Part shown: in pieces, positions 8,715-16,437 of the stretch | Layout: each line of letters starts with the position of its first letter | Position numbering within the stretch: position 1 is the first letter of the stretch | From: an archaeon | Lineage (GTDB): Archaea > EX4484-52 > B79-G9 | Direction: 5' to 3' | NCBI GenBank assembly: GCA_043813875.1 | Contig: JBDRKP010000049.1 | Coordinates: 1-16,437, forward strand | DNA length: 16,437 nt | Made by a program: the position numbers and the translations under genes | Notes under the pieces: generated by a model | The model's input: the letters and a program-made list of their open reading frames with translations, nothing else | Database searches by the model: none | Told to the model about the DNA's origin: nothing

Positions 8715-8946
8715 ATTTATCACAAACCTCTACTGTATCATCAATAAGCTTTATCTGCCGCAGAATCGTATTCATCGCCGCCCTCAAAGACGTCGCATCC
8801 TGTGCCTCTATATCAATCCGAAGACAATCCTTCAACGCCAAAGTTATTTTAACGCGCTCCGTCGAAACAATATCCGACAGCAGCACATCGTAAATCAGGT
8901 CATTGTTTTCCTTCTGATCATGCACTTCTATTCTGGACTTGAGCAT
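8698..8946 (-). CDS. pcc1: KEOPS complex subunit Pcc1
   Basis: 82 aa with LRIDIEAQDATSLRAAMNTILRQI, matching the Pcc1 A.D..SLRA..N..LR pattern. Syntenic position. Confidence 0.88.
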   Translation of the reverse strand: MLKSRIEVHDQKENNDLIYDVLLSDIVSTERVKITLALKDCLRIDIEAQDATSLRAAMNTILRQIKLIDDTVEVCDKYGTGK

Positions 8947-9081
8947 TTATATGCACTTAATCTTCTTGGTCACAGGAGGCGTCAACTTGACCAGAATACG
9001 GCCTGAGCATTTAGGACAAAATAAGTTTGCTGATACAACTTTGACATCTATTTCCCTACCGCATTCATAACAGATATACAT
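8947..9081 (-). CDS. rpoP: DNA-directed RNA polymerase subunit P (Rpo12)
   Basis: Manual translation MYICYECGREIDVKVVSANLFCPKCSGRILVKLTPPVTKKIKCI* (44 aa) has a CxxC...CPxC zinc ribbon followed by RILVK. Its stop abuts the pcc1 ATG (TAAATG). Canonical position after rpl37ae. Confidence 0.92.
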   Translation of the reverse strand: MYICYECGREIDVKVVSANLFCPKCSGRILVKLTPPVTKKIKCI

Positions 9082-9123
9082 AATACATCACACACCATTT
9101 AAAAATCATGATAAAAAAATACA

Positions 9124-9372
9124 TCATTTGACAATCTGCTTGAGAATCTTTGCCGCCGGACTCGCTGGAGCATATGCGCCGCCGGCAATCTTGACATCGC
9201 ACGACCTGCACTCCCAGACCCCTTTGGAAATCTTTTTCAACGAGGTCTTCAGGCAGCTTGGACACTGATGCTTAGCGCGCGAAACTTTCTCAACAGTAGC
9301 CACTTTCATACGGACCTTAGTACCGTATCTTGAACCGAATCTTCCTGTTGTTCCAACTTTCTTTGTAATCAT
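9124..9372 (-). CDS. rpl37ae: 50S ribosomal protein L37Ae (eL43)
   Basis: TKKVGTTGRFGSRYG, CPSC...GVWECRSC zinc finger, AGGAYAP. Start is 9372 or 9381. Confidence 0.96.
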   Translation of the reverse strand: MITKKVGTTGRFGSRYGTKVRMKVATVEKVSRAKHQCPSCLKTSLKKISKGVWECRSCDVKIAGGAYAPASPAAKILKQIVK

Positions 9373-9379
9373 TACCACC

Positions 9380-9625
9380 ATTTTTTATTGTGTATTAAGT
9401 ATGTATTGCCAATAGCCAATAAAAAAACTTGAAATACTTCAATTGCATCTAAATTTCATGATTTTTTATTGCATATAAATTATGTATCCTATATTCCGGC
9501 AATATAAAGCTTGAAATGCTCCAATTATATCGAAATTTCATGATTTTTCATTGTGTATAAAGTATATACCGACAATGAAAAAGCTTGAAATTCTCCAATC
9601 ATATCGAAATTTCATGATTTTTCAT
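9380..9625. repeat. Degenerate tandem array of three 74-82-bp units plus a partial fourth, each with nested inverted repeats
   Basis: Units start at 9380, 9461, 9543 and 9617. Shared core CAAT..AAA.CTTGAAAT.CT.CAAT...ATC.AAATTTCATGATTTTT.AT. Confidence 0.9.
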
Positions 9626-9659
9626 GTTTTCGTTTAGTATACATATAGGGATACCATAG

Positions 9660-9669
9660 CTTTATAAAG
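9660..9669 (-). promoter_or_regulatory. TATA-box-like element right after the rrp42 stop; possible internal promoter for array-rpl37ae-rpoP-pcc1-pfdB
   Basis: Minus strand reads AAAATAAACC-TTTATAAAG (A-rich BRE-like run plus TATA). The 10-mer is palindromic, so orientation is inferred. Confidence 0.4.
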
Positions 9670-9671
9670 GT

Positions 9672-10457
9672 TTATTTTGCTGCCGCAAAATGCGCCTTCC
9701 TGATCTTTTCAGACGCATTCATCGTAAGCTTCAATATATCCATCACCTGTGCCTTTGTAAAGCCGTCGGATCCTCCCTTCTGCAATGAAGATATAGTCCC
9801 GTCGGAATTTGTCCCGACAGTAATCTGGGACGTTATTGCGTCTTCTTCATTTGCGTTTGTATCGAAGATATATTTTCCGTTGTAGCTCTTGACGTTGATC
9901 GATATAGGAGTGCCTTTTATCGGCAATCTAGCACCGAGTTTTTCATGGTCCACTTTGTCATCAACAATAGCAGGGATCTTTGCATCTTTCAGGGCTGCAA
10001 TCGCTGCAATCCCGCATGCATCAAAGAGGTTTCCGTCATGGTTCATGACAAAGATATCAACAAATACCATCCATACCTTTTCTTTCGGCTTGATGCATAA
10101 TTTCCTGAAATCAATGCACTTGGATTCCCTGATGGCCCTGTCCACCACACGCCCGAGGACAATCTCCGCCTCGCGAGGAGGTCCGCTTTCAAATTCAGGC
10201 GCACCCATAGGCAGATATTCTGCAGATGTTGTCATAACACCTTCATCCGGCGTGTCCGGGTAAGGTTCCGCAGTAGTCATCTTTATGCCGGCTACGACCA
10301 TGGTCTCGCCGATCGTGACCATCGCAGATCCTTCTGCTTTGGTGCTGATGCCTGTCGTGATCTTTATTTTGCGGTATTCGTCAAGTTTTCTTGAATCCAG
10401 TCTTTTCCCTTTCGAGAGATTCTCTAAAATGTGATCTTTATTTATCTTAAGCGTCAT
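9672..10457 (-). CDS. rrp42: Exosome complex component Rrp42
   Basis: GKRLDSRKLDEYR, KAEGSAMVTIGET, EPYPDTPDEG, FESGPP, RVVDRAIRES, DGNLFDA. Start set 8 nt after GGAGG. Confidence 0.95.
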   Translation of the reverse strand: MTLKINKDHILENLSKGKRLDSRKLDEYRKIKITTGISTKAEGSAMVTIGETMVVAGIKMTTAEPYPDTPDEGVMTTSAEYLPMGAPEFESGPPREAEIVLGRVVDRAIRESKCIDFRKLCIKPKEKVWMVFVDIFVMNHDGNLFDACGIAAIAALKDAKIPAIVDDKVDHEKLGARLPIKGTPISINVKSYNGKYIFDTNANEEDAITSQITVGTNSDGTISSLQKGGSDGFTKAQVMDILKLTMNASEKIRKAHFAAAK

Positions 10458-10474
10458 AATCATTGCCTCCTGTA

Positions 10475-11167
10475 TCATGAACTGTATTTTGCACGAAGAG
10501 CAGCTTTCTGCATCTCATGTATCTTCCTGCATCCGATCTCTGCAAGACTGATTATCTTTTCAGTATCTTCTATGGATACAATCCCGTCCAACTGCAAGAG
10601 TGTTATCTTGCCTGATCGCGGCATCATAGCCATAGGCACATCAACAGCATCTTCTGCATCTTCTTCTTCCTTGGTCATGTCAAGCAGCAATTTCTTATTG
10701 GCGCGCCCCGCAGCCACGGAAGCCACAAGATCGCGCATAGGGATGCCCGCATGTGCGAGCGCAAGCGAAGCAGCATTTATCGCCGCAGCTCTCGTCCCTG
10801 CATCTGCCTGAACTATCTCCATATCAATATCAATCACTGTCTTTGGAAAATCCTCAAGATATACAGCCGGCTCCAATGCCTCAGTGATCACTTTCGCAAG
10901 TTCAGTCGACCTTCGGTCATATCCCTGCCTTTTCCTGTCGCTTACTGAAAACGGTAGCATATTATATCTGCATCTTAAGACTGCTCTTTCAGCGTTTTCC
11001 TGATGCTTCGGATGTATCTGTCTTGGCCCGTATACTGCAGCCACAACATGCGTCTCTCCGGCTTCAACCATAGCAGAGCCATCTGCTCTCTTAATAACAC
11101 CGACTTCCATCTTCATCGGCCTTAAATCATCCAGTTTCCTGTTATCTGTTCTCACTGATTTTGTCAT
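10475..11167 (-). CDS. rrp41: Exosome complex exonuclease Rrp41
   Basis: ADGSAMVEAGET, AAVYGPR, RYNMLPFS, QADAGTR, GIPMRDLV and an acidic catalytic segment LDMTKEEEDAEDAVD. Start after AGGTGA. Confidence 0.96.
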   Translation of the reverse strand: MTKSVRTDNRKLDDLRPMKMEVGVIKRADGSAMVEAGETHVVAAVYGPRQIHPKHQENAERAVLRCRYNMLPFSVSDRKRQGYDRRSTELAKVITEALEPAVYLEDFPKTVIDIDMEIVQADAGTRAAAINAASLALAHAGIPMRDLVASVAAGRANKKLLLDMTKEEEDAEDAVDVPMAMMPRSGKITLLQLDGIVSIEDTEKIISLAEIGCRKIHEMQKAALRAKYSS

Positions 11168-11176
11168 ATATTTCAC

Positions 11177-11929
11177 CTACAGTGTAATTTGTTCTTTCGC
11201 TTTTCCCAATTCTTTATCAAGCATTTCGCTAATCTTATCTGTCAGGCCTGACGTATGAGAGTAATCTTCAACCATCTTTATGGCTCTGACAGCGACTTCT
11301 TCATGTTCGCCTTTTATCCACACCCTGCCGTTCTGGCCTACAGAGATCATGGTATTCGTCCTCTGTTTGATCAACTGTATCATCGATCCTGCCTTACCAA
11401 TAAGACGCGGGACCTTCGAGGGGGTCAGATCAACGATAAGCCCGCCAGACAGTTTTCTTGCCTTCGGATCCTTCATAGACAGGCTGACATACTTTGTCTT
11501 TGAGATATCATGTATCTTTACAAAAATCAACTCACCTACAGCATAGAACCTGGAAAGGTCAGCATCCCTTTCAATATATCCCTGTACTTCGGCTATCGAT
11601 AGATTTGCCTCGTATGGGCCGCCTATGTCCACAGACCAATTGCTGAAATTTATGCCGGTTATCTCTCCGATTACAGTGTCTCTCTTCTGCGGTATGTAAA
11701 CACCGCTCAACGGAGTCACAGAGATCACGCGACCGTCGGTTTTTTCAATACCGAGAACTTTCGAGATGATATTTTTACCCTCGCGGAATGTGCCTGTACC
11801 TGGAAGCATATCCATGCTCTCTTTCAATACCTCCCCGGGCACGACAACTTTTGCCGGACCGAAAGAGGGTGTATTTCCTTTATCTAATTCATTTTCAACT
11901 ACATTATCCATTTCAGTTTCGTTATTCAT
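11177..11929 (-). CDS. rrp4: Exosome RNA-binding cap protein Rrp4 (S1 + KH)
   Basis: VVVPGE, YIPQKRDTVIG, WSVDIG, KH motif PSKVPRLIGKAGSMI, VGQNGRVWI, HTSGLTD. Start after GGTGAGG. Confidence 0.95.
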   Translation of the reverse strand: MNNETEMDNVVENELDKGNTPSFGPAKVVVPGEVLKESMDMLPGTGTFREGKNIISKVLGIEKTDGRVISVTPLSGVYIPQKRDTVIGEITGINFSNWSVDIGGPYEANLSIAEVQGYIERDADLSRFYAVGELIFVKIHDISKTKYVSLSMKDPKARKLSGGLIVDLTPSKVPRLIGKAGSMIQLIKQRTNTMISVGQNGRVWIKGEHEEVAVRAIKMVEDYSHTSGLTDKISEMLDKELGKAKEQITL

Positions 11930-11939
11930 GTCCTCACCT

Positions 11940-12650
11940 TTAATCATGATTTTTTGACGATATTATCTTGCTTTCGTTTTCACCATGCGTTATCGAATTC
12001 ACTTCGCCAAACAGCTCATCGACCATGCCTGCCGGGACCTCAATCTCTACAAACCAATATTGCCCGGACCATTCATCTTTCAATATATTGCCAAGCCTTG
12101 AGATGGCGTTCCTTGTTGCCCCGGCATAGTTCACGGGAATCCTGAACGCCACAATCTTATCTTCGATGCTCAATGGCAGTATGGGCCTGATCTGTTTTAT
12201 TATATCCTTGATCTGATCCTCTGCCCTGGCAAACGGATCTATCCTGATTTTCGCCTCAGCGAATGCGTTTTCTATCCTCTGTGGCGGATGCGGTAACTTT
12301 GTCCTGGGATCGACAGCATGTTTCGATATATACGCAATAATCTTATTTCTCTTCTTTTCGAGGGCATCTTTCCTTTGCTCTGTCGTCAACTGTATTTCTC
12401 CATGCCTGATGATATGCTCTGCGACTTTCAATACATCATCTGTCTTAAAGACACGAAGAAGCAGGTCATCCTTCACACTTTCTGCCTTGCTCAAATCTGT
12501 GAATATATGATCGCCAATCATGATATCCCTTATAGGAACATCCTGTTTTTCCTTGTATCTTTGGACCTTCTCTGAATCGACGAGAATCTCAAATTTATGA
12601 CCAGATGAAGTATATCTCGCGATTACTTCTTTCGTCATGCCTTTAGTCAT
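11940..12650 (-). CDS. sdo1: Ribosome maturation factor SBDS/Sdo1
   Basis: KFEILVD, GEIQLTTEQR, VDPRTKLPHPPQRIENA, IRPILPL. ATGA overlap with the psmA stop. Confidence 0.95.
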   Translation of the reverse strand: MTKGMTKEVIARYTSSGHKFEILVDSEKVQRYKEKQDVPIRDIMIGDHIFTDLSKAESVKDDLLLRVFKTDDVLKVAEHIIRHGEIQLTTEQRKDALEKKRNKIIAYISKHAVDPRTKLPHPPQRIENAFAEAKIRIDPFARAEDQIKDIIKQIRPILPLSIEDKIVAFRIPVNYAGATRNAISRLGNILKDEWSGQYWFVEIEVPAGMVDELFGEVNSITHGENESKIISSKNHD

Positions 12651-13342
12651 ATCTTTATCCCTAACCTAGTGAAATATTCAGCTACAGGCTCTTTGTAATT
12701 ATCTTTTGTGATAATATGAATCACAAGATCATCAAGCGTGATCTTACCCTCTTTCTTGAAAGCATCTACGATCAGCTGTACAGCATCTTTCTCACTCATA
12801 TCCTGTGTATATTTTTTCTCGAAGAGCTCGTTGATCTTATCAGCAGACTTGCCTATCGCTTTTGCCTTGCATTCAAGCAGAAGCCCGGAAGGATCTGTCT
12901 CAAAAAGCTTCCCTTCATCATTCACTCCAGCAATCAAAAAAGATACACCATAAGGCCTGACACCAGCATATTGAGTAAATACCTGTTGCCTGTCAGCAAT
13001 ATATCTGGCCATAGTAGCCACCGATATAGGCTCATCATAAATCATCCTGTTCTGCTGGGCCCTAACCCTTGCAGTGTCGACAAGCACTCTCGCATCAGCG
13101 ACAAGCCCTGAAGTAGCTGCCGCGATATGGCTGTCCAGCTTGAATATCTTCTCACCGGGCTTAACCAGTGCGGATTCCCTTTTCTTGACACCAAAAATGA
13201 CGCCATCCTTGAACGTGACCCCGACTGCTGTCGCTCCACGTTTCACTGCTTCCCTTGCATATTCGACCTGAAATAATCTGCCATCAGGAGAAAAAACCAC
13301 GATCGCCCTGTCATAACCCATACTCTCTGGCATCATTTCCAT
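12647..13342 (-). CDS. psmA: 20S proteasome alpha subunit
   Basis: GYDRAIVVFSPDGRLFQVEYAREAVKRG, SGLVADARVL, TQYAGVRPYGVS, LFETDPSG. SD GGTGA upstream. Confidence 0.98.
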   Translation of the reverse strand: MEMMPESMGYDRAIVVFSPDGRLFQVEYAREAVKRGATAVGVTFKDGVIFGVKKRESALVKPGEKIFKLDSHIAAATSGLVADARVLVDTARVRAQQNRMIYDEPISVATMARYIADRQQVFTQYAGVRPYGVSFLIAGVNDEGKLFETDPSGLLLECKAKAIGKSADKINELFEKKYTQDMSEKDAVQLIVDAFKKEGKITLDDLVIHIITKDNYKEPVAEYFTRLGIKI

Positions 13343-13660
13343 TTTATCACCACTTTTTATATATTATGTAACATCATGTTTGAACCGGAATCAAATATCA
13401 GGACAGCCAAGACATATTGTCGCCCACGCCTAACACATCCTTAGAAGTTCAAAATATATACTTACACCATTCTCCTATGTTATTACTATTTACATTCTAT
13501 TTCTTTTTAAATATTTGCGTTATTTTTGATATATCGCAACTTTTGCCATGAACACCGGACATAGAAAGCAAGGTATTATCGCACATCAACCAGACACCTG
13601 CATCAGGCGTACAGAAAAATACACTTGATGTGTTTTAGATGAGTGATAATTTCAGAAACC

Positions 13661-16435
13661 TCAGTTAGGAGAGTCGTCATCAGACAGTTCATTCCTCACA
13701 GAGTCAAGCAGCCTGCTGCCTCTCTTGATATGTCCTAAAGCGTCCTTCTCATTATGAGCATTCATCAGTTCCTTGGCCTGCTCTATTTCAACCGATATCT
13801 GCTCCAGCTTATTATTCGCATCAATGGTTATGGCTGTATCGTTCTTTGAATCCAGGAGCGGCTTTATTTCTGAAAGATTTTTTAGAAGTGCATTAATCTC
13901 AACATTCAGATCATGAGAATGGCTGTTTCCAGAATCCTGCGAGCGAGCATGCTTATGTCCTTTCTTTAGAGCCAAAGCGCTCTTGATGCTATGCTTCTCT
14001 TCATCAATATCATTCTTTGGCGATTTCCTTGCCGTTCTTCGTGGCAGATGCTGGGTTTTTATTAAATATGCAATGGACAGGAGCAATATGCCAAGAACCA
14101 CAACAACGTAAGCGCTGCAGACACCAAGTATCCTGTAAGGCATTATAGGACAAGCGGATTTGGAAAGCGCCTTCGCCTCATTCGCGAGCTTCAGCGCATC
14201 ACCTGCAAGCTGCTTTGCAGCGTCATAATTGCCGGCATCAAATGCCGCTTTTGCCTCATTTAGCTTTGCTGCTGCATCCATCATGTCACGGCTCTCATTG
14301 AGACTGCCGATGATCCGTTCCACTTCAGAAAGAATATTCAATGCCTGCTCCCTTATCTCTGCATCATCCTCTTTTGCCGGCTCATCAAGAGGCGGGGCAT
14401 CAATCGGCGGTTTCTCTTCTTCAGCTGCTGGCGTCGTATCCTGAGCCGGTATTTCTTGATTTTGTCCAGTATCATTAGACAAAGGTACTGCAATGGCCGG
14501 GCTGGAGCCGCCCGAACTTGAACTGCTGCCGGAATCAGGATTTGCGGGAACTGCATCTGTGGTGAAACTGTCCGGTCCGGTTGTGTCGCAATTGTTTTGC
14601 TGATCGCAGGAAGTTATGTTATAGTAATATGTTGTAGATGCAGAGAGACTCAAGGTTATTGAATGTGTTGTGGTATTTTCAGTCTTATTGGAATAGAGAC
14701 CCAATGCCTGCGTCGTCCCATAAGACACATTCGCATCAGCCTTCTCATCTGTCGTCCATGAAATGGTGGCGCTGCTTGATGTCTTACTGACAGCAAGACC
14801 GCTGATGACGGGCTTCAGATCATCAAGGACAGTAAAGACTTTGCTTGTAGCATTCAGATTGCCATTCACATCAACGCATGCAACGCTGACATTATAATCG
14901 CCGTCTGGCAGGAATGCGCTTATGATCTTTGTGAACTTTTGGGCATTGGCCGGATCCATGCTAATATCAACAAGGCCGCTATAATTCAGCGAATAATTGC
15001 AGGCGTTCGCATCTTCATTCAGACTCACATTCACACCCACATCAAAACCATTGGCAACAGGGCTTACCGGCGCATCAATCGCCATAGCAGGCCCGATAGT
15101 ATCATTCCCAAGCACAACAGTCGAGAAATGAGGTACATAGACAGTCACATCGGTCAGTTTATCGACATAACAGGACGTGCCATTGAATTTATTGCCGGCA
15201 CATGCGCCTATCTTCGAACAGGAGTCAGCATTATCATCAGAACAATACATGACTTCAGTATAGGAAGATGAGTTGAATGGACTGAAAACGACAGTACCAT
15301 TGTACCTGCCGTTCCTTAAGAACCTGTTCAGGCCGCCAAGATGTATCATTCTGCCCACTGTCGTGCCATAGTTCTGTATCTTGCCTTCAACGGTCGTGTT
15401 TGTTGTATTTATGCTGAATCTTTCAATCCAGCTCGCATCAAGGCCATTGAAGTTCTCGATCACAACAATTGTATTTGTCTGGTTCAAAGTCATGTTGACA
15501 GTCTGGTTAAGCCATACGCTGTCATTGGCAGTCATGTCAATGGTGATGTTTCCGGTTATATTGAGGCTAAAACCTGTTTCAGCTTCGATTGCCTGCGTGA
15601 AGTTGCTCATATTATATTGCCTGTTCAGCCTGACATCAACTATTTCTGTCCTGAGATTGCCTATAGAATCATTTGCGTACAGATATAAGGTATGTCTGCC
15701 CGCGACATCTGTGAAGTTTATTGTCGTATTGGCGGATAGTGTAGAGTTGCTAAGCATACCTTCGATGCCATCTACAGCATACCATATCGCGCGCGGAGAT
15801 TCATCGACCGTATAATTCAGCTCAGTGCTATTCTCTGTAATTTCTGTATCATTGACTGGGAGATTTATCGTTAATAAAGGCGCAGTCGTATCCTTGGTAA
15901 ACATATATTGCGTGTGATTAATATTCCCTGCATTGTCAACAGCATAGATATCGACACTTACAGCCACGCCTTCAGTAAGGCTGGATAGGGATATTGTAGC
16001 AGATGTCACGTTCAGGGATCCGTTGACAGAATAATTAATATATGCGAGACCGCTTGTGGCATCAGAGGCGTTTAGTGTGATATTTGTGTTCGTTCTCGAA
16101 CCATTTGCAGGTATCGGATCATTGAACGATGGCGGCGTCACGTCAACCTGGAACACTCGTTCTGCTGTATTATTCATATTTTCATATGTGTCATTGCAAA
16201 AGAATACCACAGGATGCGTACCGTCAGGTACAGATGGATCCTGTCCATAGAAGTGCAGAAGGCTGTCATTGTCCATCGTGACATTCGCCGCATCGTCAAG
16301 CGAATAGCCGCACCAGCTGCCTGCCTTATCCAGCGTCACATTGAACCATATCGAATCATTGGCAAACGTGTTATTGAGAGGAGACTGTATCGTAATTACT
16401 GGTGCCTGTGCATCAACAATCGAAAGCACAAGATC
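13661..16435 (-). CDS. Large membrane-anchored surface glycoprotein (5' end outside window, >924 aa)
   Basis: Frame stays open past 16429 to the window edge. Ig-like units begin D(A/V/T)xxP and end DxxGN. Cys-containing domain ends VPHFST, followed later by an FN3-like unit (SATISWTTDE...VSYGTT...YYYNITSCD), Ser/Gly and Pro/acidic linkers, a helical module, a TM helix (14060-14131) and a basic cytoplasmic tail. Dense N-x-S/T sequons. Confidence 0.88.
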   Translation of the reverse strand, partial: DLVLSIVDAQAPVITIQSPLNNTFANDSIWFNVTLDKAGSWCGYSLDDAANVTMDNDSLLHFYGQDPSVPDGTHPVVFFCNDTYENMNNTAERVFQVDVTPPSFNDPIPANGSRTNTNITLNASDATSGLAYINYSVNGSLNVTSATISLSSLTEGVAVSVDIYAVDNAGNINHTQYMFTKDTTAPLLTINLPVNDTEITENSTELNYTVDESPRAIWYAVDGIEGMLSNSTLSANTTINFTDVAGRHTLYLYANDSIGNLRTEIVDVRLNRQYNMSNFTQAIEAETGFSLNITGNITIDMTANDSVWLNQTVNMTLNQTNTIVVIENFNGLDASWIERFSINTTNTTVEGKIQNYGTTVGRMIHLGGLNRFLRNGRYNGTVVFSPFNSSSYTEVMYCSDDNADSCSKIGACAGNKFNGTSCYVDKLTDVTVYVPHFSTVVLGNDTIGPAMAIDAPVSPVANGFDVGVNVSLNEDANACNYSLNYSGLVDISMDPANAQKFTKIISAFLPDGDYNVSVACVDVNGNLNATSKVFTVLDDLKPVISGLAVSKTSSSATISWTTDEKADANVSYGTTQALGLYSNKTENTTTHSITLSLSASTTYYYNITSCDQQNNCDTTGPDSFTTDAVPANPDSGSSSSSGGSSPAIAVPLSNDTGQNQEIPAQDTTPAAEEEKPPIDAPPLDEPAKEDDAEIREQALNILSEVERIIGSLNESRDMMDAAAKLNEAKAAFDAGNYDAAKQLAGDALKLANEAKALSKSACPIMPYRILGVCSAYVVVVLGILLLSIAYLIKTQHLPRRTARKSPKNDIDEEKHSIKSALALKKGHKHARSQDSGNSHSHDLNVEINALLKNLSEIKPLLDSKNDTAITIDANNKLEQISVEIEQAKELMNAHNEKDALGHIKRGSRLLDSVRNELSDDDSPN

Positions 16436-16437
16436 CT

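Noticed and set aside
9439..9615. Chain of minus-strand micro-ORFs in the array (MKFRYDWRISSF, 25 aa; MKFRYNWSISSF, 30 aa; MKFRCN, 6 aa)
   Set aside because: Two unit lengths (74, 82) are not multiples of 3, C-terminal frames differ, the third copy stops early and there is no SD. Most likely a by-product of the repeat.
9380..9625. Array read as a CRISPR mini-array or as ORB origin repeats
   Set aside because: The variable segments are homologous to each other, the repeats are long and degenerate, and there are no cas genes. CTCCA...GAAA spacing does not fit the ORB consensus and there is no cdc6/orc1 gene in the window.
13379..13433. Small hairpins upstream of psmA, including a GGTTCAAA T-loop-like string on the minus strand
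   Set aside because: Stems are only 4-5 bp and no cloverleaf forms. Not distinguishable from chance.

Overview
Archaeal chromosomal window. The right half carries the conserved minus-strand exosome/proteasome superoperon: psmA - SBDS/Sdo1 - rrp4 - rrp41 - rrp42 - rpl37ae - rpoP (44 aa, missed by the ORF track) - pcc1 - pfdB. The left-middle has two plus-strand purine genes (purM, single-chain guaA) with orphan ORFs between and after them. Both edges cut large secreted or surface proteins. On the left is a >1341-aa signal-peptide protein with about eight macroglobulin-like beta-sandwich units; it is absent from the ORF track because it has no stop in the window. On the right is a >924-aa membrane-anchored Ig/FN3-like protein with an HFS motif. 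The most unusual non-coding element is a 3.1-copy array of 74-82-bp units with co-varying inverted repeats between rrp42 and rpl37ae. A DPANN-type host is plausible but is only an impression. I found no tRNA, rRNA, CRISPR array or transposase.
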